Positions 8,629-18,529 of a DNA stretch of 35,482 nt are shown in pieces (the first letter of the stretch is position 1; the number at the start of each line of letters is the position of its first letter). The translations under genes and the position numbers were made by a program. Source of the stretch: Candidatus Jordarchaeia archaeon (lineage in GTDB: Archaea > Asgardarchaeota > Jordiarchaeia > Jordiarchaeales > Jordiarchaeaceae); assembly GCA_029856435.1 (NCBI GenBank), contig JAHQXB010000165.1, positions 1 through 35,482 of the forward strand, given 5' to 3'. The notes under the pieces were generated by a model that was not told where the DNA came from, did not search any database, and saw only the letters and a list, made by a program, of their open reading frames with translations.

Positions 8629-8747
8629 CGGGCACGAGGGGACTTGAACCCCTGATAAAACCGGCTATCCTCCAGGATTTTAGAGGGCATACGCCTAACT
8701 GTCGGCGCCCTTTCAGGTTTCTGAAATCCTGGCTAGGCGACGTGCCC
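8629..8747 (-). tRNA. tRNA-Arg(UCU) with three 14-nt introns: 20a/21 (8712-8725), 29/30 (8689-8702), 37/38 (8667-8680)
   Basis: Acceptor GGGCACG/CGTGCCC-G73; helices CAGG/CCTG, GCGC/GCGT, CCTC/GAGG; spliced anticodon stem CCGGC/GCCGG with loop CC-TCT-AA. Atypical C33 and 7-nt variable region; CCA not fully encoded. Confidence 0.78.
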
Positions 8748-8813
8748 AAATCTAATTTTTGATGGGTTTATGGGTATTTGGTTTATTAGGCTTACGGGGT
8801 TTAAAATATTTTT

Positions 8814-9476
8814 CTACTCCTCCTTTAGGGAGTATAAATATTTGTATTTTCTTGTTCTGACAATGTATCCCGCTAGGTCGAAGGCTTTTTTGGCTTTTTG
8901 TAGTATGACTGTGTCGCTAGTGGCCACCACTTGTCCCCTTTTTATGACTGCAATGTCTGCCTGTTTTGCTACTTGTGCGGTGCCTTTTATGCTGTGTTCT
9001 TCCATTTTTTTTCTCGTGAATGCTGCCAGTTCTCCGCTCCTGCTTACCGGGCTGTCGAAGAATACAAGTGTTTCTTTTGGGGGGTTTTGTTTGAGTGTTT
9101 GCATTATTAGGTTGATTGCTTGGTGTGTGTTCTTTGTTATTTTATGTTTGCCAAACACTCCTGCGATATCTCTCACAAATGAGTCGTCAGCGTCAATTAA
9201 GTTTTTTTCTTCTAGCATTGTTTCGAGGACTATGATTACATTGTATGCGTCTACGGTTAGTATTTTGTCTTTGAGGTCTTTGAAGTTTACGGTTTTCTCT
9301 TTTCTTTCTTCTACTTCTTTTTGGCTGTATACTGCTCTGTATAAAATGAAGCGTTCATCTTTTTTTAGTTTATAGTGATCCCCTACAAAGTTTAATGCTC
9401 GGTCTCTGTTATAATTTCTGTTTAGGAGGTATCGCATGTCTTCTGCTGCTTCTAGGACTTTATGGTCAATAAACAT
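8814..9476 (-). CDS. DUF434-type conserved archaeal protein (putative PIN/NYN-like fold)
   Basis: EAAEDMRYLLNRNY...ALNFVGDHYKL..ERFILYR, LTVDAYNVII, FFDSPVSRSGELA, VATSDTVIL; start moved to ATG 9476 (AGAGG upstream) to avoid overlap with alaS. Confidence 0.75.
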   Translation of the reverse strand: MFIDHKVLEAAEDMRYLLNRNYNRDRALNFVGDHYKLKKDERFILYRAVYSQKEVEERKEKTVNFKDLKDKILTVDAYNVIIVLETMLEEKNLIDADDSFVRDIAGVFGKHKITKNTHQAINLIMQTLKQNPPKETLVFFDSPVSRSGELAAFTRKKMEEHSIKGTAQVAKQADIAVIKRGQVVATSDTVILQKAKKAFDLAGYIVRTRKYKYLYSLKEE

Positions 9477-9645
9477 GATGGATCCTCTGCGATTTTTTGA
9501 CCGTTTATTGGAAAACGATTTTTGTTCACATATTTTTATTTTACTAGTGGTTCTAATTAATTGTGTGTTTTCATGCATAAAGTTTTTAGAATTACTCCGC
9601 AATGTTTTAGGTACATTACTGTTGTTCAAGGAAGGTTTGAGAATA

Positions 9646-12384
9646 ATGATTTCCAAAGAGGAGCTGAGGAAAAAGTTTGGTAGAGGAAGCTACGAAGTAG
9701 AATTGTTCAAAAGAGAAGGTTTTGAGAGAAGGCAGTGTAGATCCTGTAATGAATGGTATTGGACGACCAGCAACAATGAATTTTGCGGAGATACAAAGTG
9801 TGTTGGGGGATACAAGTTTATCGGACGTAGAATGGATGGAGGCTGGGATTTTCATGAGGCTGTTAAGAATTGGTGCGACTTCTTTGAGAAGCGTGGACAT
9901 ACGAGGATAAGTGAGTATCCCGTGGTTGCAAGGTGGAGAGATGATATTCCATTCACCATCGCTTCTATTACTGATTTTCAACCATACGTGGTTGAAGGTA
10001 TCGTTGAGCCTCCGGCGAATCCTCTAGTGGTTCCTCAGCCCTGTATAAGGTTCGGTGGCAAAGGATTCAATGATATTGATAACGTTGGGAAGACTGGTAG
10101 GCATCTAAGCCTATTTGTGATGGGCGGCCAGCACGCGTTCAATTATGATGATAAGGGTTACTGGATGGATCGTTGTATTGAACTCAATTTTGAGTTTCTC
10201 ACCAAATGCCTTAAACTGAATCGCGATGAGGTGAGTTATAAGGAGGATGTGTGGGCTGGAGGTGGTAATTTTGGCCCCTGCCTTGAGGCCTTTGGTAGAG
10301 GTTTGGAGATAGTTAATAACGTATTTATGCAATATGCGTTTACTTCAAATGGGACTTGCCGAGAATTGGACATCAAGGTAATCGACGTAGGCTGGGGGGT
10401 TGAGCGAATAGGTTGGTTTACTCAAGGTTCACCTACCATATATGAGGCGGCTTTCGGACCTGTGTTGGATTGGCTAAAGAAGAGTACAGGGGTGTCTGTA
10501 GACGAAGAACTCCTAGAGCGTTATACTGTTCTATCCGGTCTTCTTAACGTGGACGAAGTAGACAATATTGATAAGGCTAGGGGAGACGTAGCCGCAAAAC
10601 TAGGCATTGAAAAGGAAGATTTGCACAAATCTTTAGGTCCTCTGGAAGCATTATATGCTATTTCTGATCACACTCGAACACTTGTTTTTGCAATTGCAGA
10701 TGGGGGAATTCCCTCAAATATTGGAGGAGGCTACAACTTACGTATTATCCTCAGACGGGCTTTAAGCCTAAACGACCTATACAGCTTTGAACTGGACTTC
10801 TTAGAACTCTTCCATAAGCATATTGAATATTTGAAAAAAACTTATAGACGGGTGGAAGCAGCTTCAGATATTATTAATGACATCTTTAATATTGAACGTG
10901 AAAGATATTATCAAACACTGGAGAAGGGCAAAAAATATGTGGAGGGGCTTCTTAAAAGGCAAAAGAAACTGGATTTAGATACTTTAATCGAGCTTTACGA
11001 GTCGAAAGGAATCTCTCCTGAAATGGTGCAAGAAATCGCAGAAAATTTCGATATAAAACTGGAAATCCCGGGAAACTTCTATGTGCAATTAGGTAGCAAA
11101 AAGGAAAAAGTTACTCTTATTACCACCAAGGATACTCTAATGGATGCGTTTAAGGATTTGCCTCCAACTAGAACTCTTTACTATGAGCAGCCCTACCAGA
11201 TGAAGTTTGAAGCTAAAGTCTTGAAGGTTCTAGACTCTATTGTGGTATTAGACCAAACCCTATTCTACCCTACAGGTGGCGGAGCGGTTCACGATACAGG
11301 AAAATTAAACGGATATAGAGTTATTAATGTTGAAAAATTGGGTAACGTAGTAGTACACAGACTGGATAGACCAGCCGAGTTAAAACCATCGCAACGGGTT
11401 AATGGAGAAATAGATTGGAGTAGGAGAATAGCCCTTATGAGACACCATACTGCTACACATATAGTAAATGGTGCCGCTAAGAAGGTTCTTGGTCCACATA
11501 TTTGGCAAGCGGGAGCGGAAAAAACTCCCGAAGGAGCAAGATTAGACATTACCCACTATAAGGCACTAAACACAGAAGAGATTAGAAAAATAGAAAGAAT
11601 CGCAAATGAAGTAGTTATGGAATGTAGACCAGTTACAGCAAAATGGATGCGTAGAGACGAAGCAGAGAAAAAATACGGTTTTCAAATCTATCAGGGAGGG
11701 GTTGTGCCAGGAGGTATAATAAGAATTATCGATATAGAAAACTGGGACACTGAGGCATGTGGAGGTGTTCACCTTAAAAACACAGGGGAAATAGGTCTAA
11801 TTAAGATAAAAGGGGCAGAAAGAATACAGGATGGCGTAGTCAGGATAGAGTTTATTGCAGGTACGCCGGCAATTGATTACTCCCAAGAAACGGATAGCCT
11901 TTTGGAAAAAACAGCAAGCATATTTCGCGTCCCCAAGACTCAATTGCCAAAAGCTGCAGAAAGATTTTTTGAAGAATGGAAACAAAGAGGCAAGGAAATC
12001 GAAAGGCTGCACAGTGAGATAGCAGAAATCGAAGCCACGGAAATTATGAACAAAATGAAGAAATTTGAAGAATACGAATTCATTATAGAAAAAACAAAGT
12101 TAGGCATAGATGAAGCAATAAAGGTCGCAAGTAAAATAACTGAAGAGAAGCCAAACTCTGTGGTGGTACTGGCAAAATCAGATGACAAAGTCGACGTCGT
12201 AGGTATGATAGGAAAATCTGTTAATCTCGACATCAGCGAAATCATTAAAGAAGCTTCAAAAGTTGTGGGAGGAAGCGGAGGTGGGAAAGGTAGACTAGCT
12301 AGGGGAGGCGGACCAAAAACTGAGAAAGTTCAAGAAATGCTAAGCAAGATAGAGAGCCTAATAAAGCAAAATAAAAGGTGGTAA
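9646..12384 (+). CDS. alaS: Alanyl-tRNA synthetase (archaeal type)
   Basis: VVARWRDDIPFTIASITDFQP, DVGWGVERIGW, editing HTATHIVNG and EACGGVH, C-terminal GGGGKG; start trimmed to ATG 9646. Confidence 0.96.
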   Translation: MISKEELRKKFGRGSYEVELFKREGFERRQCRSCNEWYWTTSNNEFCGDTKCVGGYKFIGRRMDGGWDFHEAVKNWCDFFEKRGHTRISEYPVVARWRDDIPFTIASITDFQPYVVEGIVEPPANPLVVPQPCIRFGGKGFNDIDNVGKTGRHLSLFVMGGQHAFNYDDKGYWMDRCIELNFEFLTKCLKLNRDEVSYKEDVWAGGGNFGPCLEAFGRGLEIVNNVFMQYAFTSNGTCRELDIKVIDVGWGVERIGWFTQGSPTIYEAAFGPVLDWLKKSTGVSVDEELLERYTVLSGLLNVDEVDNIDKARGDVAAKLGIEKEDLHKSLGPLEALYAISDHTRTLVFAIADGGIPSNIGGGYNLRIILRRALSLNDLYSFELDFLELFHKHIEYLKKTYRRVEAASDIINDIFNIERERYYQTLEKGKKYVEGLLKRQKKLDLDTLIELYESKGISPEMVQEIAENFDIKLEIPGNFYVQLGSKKEKVTLITTKDTLMDAFKDLPPTRTLYYEQPYQMKFEAKVLKVLDSIVVLDQTLFYPTGGGAVHDTGKLNGYRVINVEKLGNVVVHRLDRPAELKPSQRVNGEIDWSRRIALMRHHTATHIVNGAAKKVLGPHIWQAGAEKTPEGARLDITHYKALNTEEIRKIERIANEVVMECRPVTAKWMRRDEAEKKYGFQIYQGGVVPGGIIRIIDIENWDTEACGGVHLKNTGEIGLIKIKGAERIQDGVVRIEFIAGTPAIDYSQETDSLLEKTASIFRVPKTQLPKAAERFFEEWKQRGKEIERLHSEIAEIEATEIMNKMKKFEEYEFIIEKTKLGIDEAIKVASKITEEKPNSVVVLAKSDDKVDVVGMIGKSVNLDISEIIKEASKVVGGSGGGKGRLARGGGPKTEKVQEMLSKIESLIKQNKRW

Positions 12385-12489
12385 GGCTACCTTACCCAAC
12401 ATCTACGCTTATCTACTTTATTTAGAAGTGGTTAGGGAAACACTGGACAACATGATTGTCTAGTCATATTTTCCAATTTTCATTTTCCT

Positions 12490-12807
12490 CTAACCGAAGA
12501 GCGCTCCGAGACCCGTTACCTCTTCCTCTTCTTCTTTCTTCTTCTCTTCTTTCTTCTTCTCTTCTTTGGCTGGTTTTGCTTCTTTGGTTTCTGGTGTTGT
12601 GGGTACTGCTACTGCTGTTATGGGAGCTGCAGTCTTAATTGCTTCTTCAATGTCCACTTCCTCAAGAGCGGCGACTATAGACTTGACCCTAGCCATATCA
12701 ACTTTTACCTCTGCTGCTTCAAGAATCTTAGCAATGCTTTCCTCAGTTATTTTTTTCCCTGCCTTATGGAGAAGCATCGAAGCATATACGTATTCCATTA
12801 TTTTCAC
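12490..12807 (-). CDS. rpl12: Ribosomal stalk protein P1/L12p
   Basis: [11 protein letters not shown], acidic hinge, terminal GLGALFG. Confidence 0.96.
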   Translation of the reverse strand: MKIMEYVYASMLLHKAGKKITEESIAKILEAAEVKVDMARVKSIVAALEEVDIEEAIKTAAPITAVAVPTTPETKEAKPAKEEKKKEEKKKEEEEEVTGLGALFG

Positions 12808-12967
12808 CTCATATGTTTATCATAATTTTGGATTGATTTTATAAAAGCTGTTAAATATCACTCTTTATGGCAATACTTCTTATTAACCTAAAGGACGCGA
12901 ACTCACCCTTTTCCTTTTGTTTCATGTTTCTGACGCCTTTTAAGATCTTCCTAAAATTTTTGTTTTT

Positions 12968-13870
12968 TCACCTTTTTTCAGTCGATAATGATAAACTTGG
13001 ATCCTTCGCCGATAATCTCATAGCTATACTTAACGCTTGGCTTTCCGCTTTTCTTATTATGTTTGGAAGAGTCTCTGGAATAACTAACTCTGCATTCATC
13101 GCCAGATTTGAAGCTTCTGAGTAAGCTCTTCTCAACATCATAATTACTGTTTCCGGAGTTGCTATTGATGCGTGTACTGCTAGATTCAGTGCTTGAGCGT
13201 ACGCTTCTCTAATTTCCTTCAAGTACTCTTCAGGCTTCTTAGACAAGATATCACGTGTCAATATCAGACCATCATCGTAGGCTACACGGAGTTCTAACCC
13301 TACCTCAATGGGTTCTATGCCCAGCCTTTTAAGAACCAAAGCTAGTTTCTTGGGAATGAAATCTCCAGGCTTTGCTACAACGGTATCCTTCGTTATCCAG
13401 ATAGTCCCCGATTCTACACGAGTTGGGAGCCCGATTTCACCCAACTCGCTAATTATGGGGCCTGGTGGAAAACCTGTATTTCCCGCGGGCACAACAATTT
13501 CAACTGGACTTACGGTGTCTGGTTTCGCAGCAGTCCGAGTCTTACTTTTGTCAAGAATTCTACTTAATTTGAATGGATTCATATTCGTGAGTATTAGTGC
13601 TACTGATCCCTTCACATATTCTGATAGCTTATCTGCGTTTTTCTTTTTTTCTTTAATTTCCATAAGACTGCGTGCAATAAGTGTATTTTTATCCACTTTT
13701 ATGATTGCTGTGTCCTTTAATTTCTTTCTTAGACCCTGAAGTTGCCTAGCACCCATCCCTTCCATACTAGTTAGTCCAATAACTTGGTACTTTTCCAGTA
13801 ACTCTTTTATTCTTTCCTTCCTTTCGACCTTGTACTCTGGTACAGGTCTTCCTCTAGCTGTTACCGCCAT
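12968..13870 (-). CDS. rplP0: Ribosomal stalk protein P0/L10 (no acidic C-terminal tail)
   Basis: VPEYKVERK, VPAGNTGFPPGPII, LKRLGIEPIEVGL; three stalk-helix repeats. Confidence 0.95.
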   Translation of the reverse strand: MAVTARGRPVPEYKVERKERIKELLEKYQVIGLTSMEGMGARQLQGLRKKLKDTAIIKVDKNTLIARSLMEIKEKKKNADKLSEYVKGSVALILTNMNPFKLSRILDKSKTRTAAKPDTVSPVEIVVPAGNTGFPPGPIISELGEIGLPTRVESGTIWITKDTVVAKPGDFIPKKLALVLKRLGIEPIEVGLELRVAYDDGLILTRDILSKKPEEYLKEIREAYAQALNLAVHASIATPETVIMMLRRAYSEASNLAMNAELVIPETLPNIIRKAESQALSIAMRLSAKDPSLSLSTEKR

Positions 13871-13884
13871 TTTTAAAGCTTCCT

Positions 13885-14529
13885 TTACTCTATTTTTACC
13901 GCCGGGCCCATGGTAGTTTTCAGATAAACTGACTTAATATTCCTTGGACCCTTTTCAAATTTACCCTCTAAAAAGTTAATAATGCTCTGGACATTATCCG
14001 CGATCTTGTCTTCCTCCATATTTTCAGAGCCCACTTTCAAATGTACTACTGGGTTATCTTTAATTCTGAGACGCACGCTCCTCTTGTACTGATCAAGAAC
14101 TGTGCCAATATCCGCATTGGGGGGAATCGGCTTCGGCATCTTTCCCCTCGGACCAAGGACAGGACCAAGTGTTTTACCTACTTGGGGCATAAGGTCTGCA
14201 CGGGCAACAAAGAAATCATATTGCTGAGCAAGGTTTTTTACATTCTTTTTAGTACGCGCAATATCATTCAGTTCATCTTTGTCTATCACATAGACCCCTG
14301 CCTCCTTTGCCCTAACAGCAAGATCCCCTGCCGCAATAACACAAATTCTAGGGTTTTTACCAGTTTCATTTGGAAGAGTTAACTCCGTGTTCAAACGGTT
14401 TTCAGGCTTCTTCAAATCGATGTCCTTCAAGTTAACAGCCAGTTCTATTGACTGCACGAAATTTCTTTTCTTCGATTTTTCCTTGGCTTTCTTAATGGCC
14501 TCAATGATCTTCTTCCTATCTAGGGGCAT
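13885..14529 (-). CDS. rpl1: 50S ribosomal protein L1
   Basis: KRNFVQSIELAVNLKDID, LGPVLGPRGKMPKP, KTTMGPAVKI; start at ATG 14529. Confidence 0.96.
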   Translation of the reverse strand: MPLDRKKIIEAIKKAKEKSKKRNFVQSIELAVNLKDIDLKKPENRLNTELTLPNETGKNPRICVIAAGDLAVRAKEAGVYVIDKDELNDIARTKKNVKNLAQQYDFFVARADLMPQVGKTLGPVLGPRGKMPKPIPPNADIGTVLDQYKRSVRLRIKDNPVVHLKVGSENMEEDKIADNVQSIINFLEGKFEKGPRNIKSVYLKTTMGPAVKIE

Positions 14530-14627
14530 CGCACATTCCTTCCATAATTGGTAATCATAAAACAATATTTAACCTTTGAATTAACCATACGAAATCAAAA
14601 ATCGCTAACCATAATTAAGCAATAAAA

Positions 14628-15116
14628 TTATGCTTTTGATAGCAACTCCTTATATTTCCCTTCCAAAATTTCCTTCTGTATCTCCTTAGGATTCTTACCC
14701 TCAACCGTAACACCCATTGACAAACAAGTGCCCAGTATTGTACGTACAGCAGCCTCCAGACTATTTGCAAAAAGCTTCTCACTCTTCATCTTAGCGATCC
14801 TAACTATAGCATCCATACTCAGATTTCCAACTTTACTCTGCTTTGCATCCTTACTACCCTTTTCAACACCTAGCTCGCTAAGAATCAAAGCAGAAGTAGG
14901 AGGCAAACCTACTTCAATCTCGAAACTCTTATCCTCTGGGTTCACAATAATCGTTACAGGGACCTTCAAACCCTTGAACTTCGCTGTCAACTCGTTAATC
15001 TTCTGAACAACTTGATAAAGATTAACTCCAGTAGGGCCTAAAGCCGGACCAATAGGAGGCCCCGCTGAAGCTTTACCACCATCAACAAGGGCTTGAACAG
15101 TAACCTTTTGCACCAT
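14628..15116 (-). CDS. rpl11: 50S ribosomal protein L11
   Basis: LVDGGKASAGPPIGPALGPTGVN, GTCLSMGVTVEG; ATG 15116 preferred. Confidence 0.96.
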   Translation of the reverse strand: MVQKVTVQALVDGGKASAGPPIGPALGPTGVNLYQVVQKINELTAKFKGLKVPVTIIVNPEDKSFEIEVGLPPTSALILSELGVEKGSKDAKQSKVGNLSMDAIVRIAKMKSEKLFANSLEAAVRTILGTCLSMGVTVEGKNPKEIQKEILEGKYKELLSKA

Positions 15117-15512
15117 TTCAGCATCCTTCTTCAAGAACTTTGTACGATGAAATAATTAATAATGTACTATCTATCTTACAACAGCTTACTATTAATATAG
15201 AAATCCTCATTGTGATTTATGGTTTCCCTCTATATTTTAACCTTTTAAATGTAATCTACCTTCGGAAGACATCATTTTCCAAGTTTAAAAATTTTTTGCG
15301 AAAAGCCTATAGTACAATAAAAAAGGTCTACTTTTTGTTATTTGGGTTACCTAAAAATTCTGACCGACTCACAAAGTCTGAAAAATTGGGAAGACCGATT
15401 CAATTTTCCTCTTTATAAACTACCATCAAACAAGGATATACATCTCAACCGAAAAAAGGTACTTGCTATCTTCTACCAGAGTAATGTTAAGAACAACCCA
15501 CTGGGTTTTAAG

Positions 15513-16037
15513 CTACCCTTCTCCTTCAGCCTCTCCCTTCTCCACGAGCTTAACATAATCCGCATTGACTTTAACAGGAATGGGGTTAGTAGCCTCTATT
15601 AGTTCTATTACCACTTCTCCTTTGTCGGTATCTATTCTTGTCACTTTAGCCTTTTCGCCTTTAAATGGACCTCCTACTATTTCTACTATGTCTCCTTTGT
15701 TAATTCCCTCGATTGAGGGTTTAGGTATTAAGAAGTCGTCTAGTTCTTCAATGTTTATTTTCCCGACCACTTTTCCTCTTACGTGAGGTATGCCAGTGAT
15801 TATTCTATTTACCTCTCTTTGGCTGGGGGCTTCAACGAATAGGTAGCCGCTGAGAGACTCGGGTGCTAGTATGGCTTTGATGTTTGTTGAGGGGTTGCCC
15901 TCTACTCTTTTCTCAATTAATGCGGCTACGCTCTTTTCTTGAGAAATTGTGGTTCTTAAAGCAAATATGCTCGTTTTTCTGGAATCTTTTTTTTCATCCT
16001 TAGTTTCATTCTTTTTAGAACCTTTTTCCTTCATCAT
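15513..16037 (-). CDS. spt5: Transcription elongation factor Spt5/NusG
   Basis: IFALRTTISQE, GYLFVEA (NGN) and KOW motif GDIVEIVGGPFKGEKAKV. Confidence 0.95.
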   Translation of the reverse strand: MMKEKGSKKNETKDEKKDSRKTSIFALRTTISQEKSVAALIEKRVEGNPSTNIKAILAPESLSGYLFVEAPSQREVNRIITGIPHVRGKVVGKINIEELDDFLIPKPSIEGINKGDIVEIVGGPFKGEKAKVTRIDTDKGEVVIELIEATNPIPVKVNADYVKLVEKGEAEGEG

Positions 16038-16044
16038 TTTCCCC

Positions 16045-16245
16045 TCAAATGTATATTATCGTGCTGGGTCTGATTATGGGGAGGAAGGCATTTACGAAGA
16101 GCATAGTGATTACGAATGCTAGTGCCCCTATTATGATTATGCCTAATACGCAGACTCTGATTATGGCCCACATTTCTTTGCGGGTAGGATATCTGGCGAG
16201 TTTGAATAATCGTCTGGATCTCCTGATAAAACCAATTATACCCAT
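16045..16245 (-). CDS. secE: Protein translocase subunit SecE/Sec61-gamma
   Basis: RLFKLARYPTRKEMW followed by one TM helix; position between ftsZ and spt5. Confidence 0.9.
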   Translation of the reverse strand: MGIIGFIRRSRRLFKLARYPTRKEMWAIIRVCVLGIIIIGALAFVITMLFVNAFLPIIRPSTIIYI

Positions 16246-16457
16246 TTGCTGGCCTCCGATGCTTACCCATATCCTTTTTGGAGGGGTAGTGTTAGCTAAA
16301 TAGGGTGTTAACTTGGTATCTTTTAAATTTAATTGAATTTATAACTTCCCCAACTGCCTTTATATTCGCAGTAATTAAGTTTTTTAAATAAAACAAAAAT
16401 AATCCAACACGCATCCTCTACTGGCTTCCCATATACCTTTTAGATAGATTTTGTTTT

Positions 16458-17522
16458 TTAGGCTTCGGTGTCTTTGATTAGCTTCTCAACGTAGGGTAGT
16501 GATACAGCGCTGATAATTATTGTCACACGTAGAGTATCTTTTAGGTTTGGATTTATGTTAGCACCCCAAATCACTTCTGAGTTAGGGTTTACTTTTTCTG
16601 ATACCTTTCTTACTATTAATTCTGCTTCTCTGATTGTTAGATTTTGATCGCCAGTTATGTTTATTAATGCTGCTCTGGCATCTTTGGCATCAACATCTAG
16701 TAGAGGGTTTCCTAAAGCCTTTTCAACTGCTTGGCAGGCTCTATCTCCACCACTTGACTCTCCAACCCCAATAAATGCAACTCCACTATTTTTGACTACT
16801 GTTCTTATATCTGCGAGGTCGACATTTACGAGACCCGGTTTTATGATTAGTTCAGATATTGAATTCACTCCCTTTATTAGAACTTCATCTGCGAGACTAA
16901 ATGCTTCTGTAAGGGAAATTTTGTCCGCTATCCCCAATAGTTTTTCGTTGGGTATAACGACTATCGTGTCTGAAGCTCGGTGCAGTTTTTTAAGTCCCTC
17001 CACTGCACTTTGCCAGCGCTTTTTGCCCTCTATTAGGAAGGGAAGGAAGCATATTGAGATAGTGAGTGCACTCGATTTTCGGGCGACTTCAGCGATTATG
17101 GGCGCTGCTCCGGTTCCGGTTCCCCCTCCTAACCCACATGTGACAAAAACCACTTCTGCCGAAACAGCCTTCTTTATATCCTCCAAGCTTTCTTGGGCCG
17201 CCGCCATACCTATTTCCGGATTATTACCTGCTCCCAATCCTCCAGTTAGTTTTTTACCTATTAACAACTTGTAATCCGCGTTTGTATAAAGTAAATCTTG
17301 CGCATCGGTATTTACCGCAATAGTTTCAATGCCTTCAACTTTACACTTAGTCAGCCTAGTGACTGCATTATTACCCGCCCCTCCCACGCCAAAAACTTGA
17401 ACCTTTGCTTTAGCTTTGTTAAGTATAGCGGAAAGTTGCTGGTCAACAGTCTTAGAATTAAATAATTCTTTATAGCATGATCCGTCAGTATTTGCCTCAG
17501 AAACCGAGTTCATATCACTCAC
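16458..17522 (-). CDS. ftsZ: Cell division protein FtsZ
   Basis: GVGGAGNN, NTDAQDL, GLGAGNNP, GGGTGTG signature, PFLIEG, T7 loop NVDLAD. Confidence 0.95.
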   Translation of the reverse strand: MSDMNSVSEANTDGSCYKELFNSKTVDQQLSAILNKAKAKVQVFGVGGAGNNAVTRLTKCKVEGIETIAVNTDAQDLLYTNADYKLLIGKKLTGGLGAGNNPEIGMAAAQESLEDIKKAVSAEVVFVTCGLGGGTGTGAAPIIAEVARKSSALTISICFLPFLIEGKKRWQSAVEGLKKLHRASDTIVVIPNEKLLGIADKISLTEAFSLADEVLIKGVNSISELIIKPGLVNVDLADIRTVVKNSGVAFIGVGESSGGDRACQAVEKALGNPLLDVDAKDARAALINITGDQNLTIREAELIVRKVSEKVNPNSEVIWGANINPNLKDTLRVTIIISAVSLPYVEKLIKDTEA

Positions 17523-17645
17523 TCCCTACATGCTAAGAATTCATAACTCAAAAATAAAAACTTAATAATATTCAAGTATTACTAACATATTGTTCTGGCA
17601 ACCCCAACACATAATCGTGTGTGAACTTATTTGGTGGAATAACAA

Positions 17646-18482
17646 TTGATACTCATTGTTAGTTCTGTCAAAGATGTAGCGGGGATGAATATTTCTGAGA
17701 GACTGAGGGAGAGATTCGATTTTGTTGAAGTTGAAGCGGAGAATGGCGAACATAGAAGGTGGATAGGAAAAACCAGCAGGGCAAAAGTGGTTTTAGTGCA
17801 ACGTTGGGAGGAAATCCTATACTGCGAAAATTTAGAAAAAATTTATACCCCCGAACTCATAATTTTTGCAAGCAGACATACTAGTGTCACCGGAGAACCA
17901 ACATTAACTGTGCATGTCTCAGGTAACTTTGGCGAAGCTGAATATGGGGGATCGCCTAGAACATTATCGGTAGCCCCTCCTCTTCGTCTGAAATCTGCTC
18001 TTTTAAAACTCTATGAAATGAAAAGTGACTTGGGATTAGATTTTGAGGTTTCCCAAGAACAGACGCACCATGGCCCCACGGTTTTATGTCCCTCATTTTT
18101 TATCGAAATAGGGAGTTCTGAAAAACAGTGGAGAAATGAGATTGCGGGGGCGGTCGTAGCTGAAACAATAATTAGTGTTCTTCAAAGTCCGGATAGAGAT
18201 TGGAGTATAGCGGCGGGTTTTGGTGGCGGACACTACGCCCCAAAATTCTCTCAAATTAATCTCAATACTGAATTTGCCGTGGGCCACATAGCCTCAAAGT
18301 ATTATACCCATCTTCTCGATGAATATATGCTAAAACAGATAGTTGATAGAACTGTTGGGGAATTGAAATTTTTCATTATAGACTGGAAAGGCGTGAAATC
18401 AGAGGAAAGAACAAAAATAATTGAATTCGCAGAAAATAACAAAATAGAAGTCTTAAAAACAAAAGACATACCCACTATTTAG
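17646..18482 (+). CDS. dtdA: D-aminoacyl-tRNA deacylase (archaeal DTD2/GEK1 type)
   Basis: IFASRHTS..GEPTLTVHVSGN, QTHHGPT, FFIEIGSSE..W, GFGGGHYAPKF; TTG start. Confidence 0.92.
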   Translation: MILIVSSVKDVAGMNISERLRERFDFVEVEAENGEHRRWIGKTSRAKVVLVQRWEEILYCENLEKIYTPELIIFASRHTSVTGEPTLTVHVSGNFGEAEYGGSPRTLSVAPPLRLKSALLKLYEMKSDLGLDFEVSQEQTHHGPTVLCPSFFIEIGSSEKQWRNEIAGAVVAETIISVLQSPDRDWSIAAGFGGGHYAPKFSQINLNTEFAVGHIASKYYTHLLDEYMLKQIVDRTVGELKFFIIDWKGVKSEERTKIIEFAENNKIEVLKTKDIPTI

Positions 18483-18529
18483 AATGACTATTTTTGGAAG
18501 TTAAAAAATTTCTTTAACTGTGGGCTATG

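Noticed and set aside
8667-8690. CT-CTA-AA could be read as an amber/pyrrolysine anticodon loop
   Set aside because: That register breaks the anticodon stem (C-C mismatch), while UCU gives a perfect CCGGC/GCCGG stem and a canonical 37/38 motif. The D and T loops are standard, unlike tRNA-Pyl, and no pyl genes are in the window.
9436-9656. Apparent head-to-head overlap of alaS and the DUF434-type gene in the ORF track
   Set aside because: Artefact of longest-ORF starts; recognisable sequence begins at 9646 (+) and 9476 (-), leaving a normal divergent spacer.
12500-12570. TTC-rich low-complexity repeat
   Set aside because: It encodes the normal Lys/Glu hinge of ribosomal protein P1.
15135-15512. 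Unusually long AT-rich gap between spt5 and rpl11 with a 92-aa plus-strand ORF
   Set aside because: The ORF is antisense to the operon with no motif, and I found no convincing leader structure.
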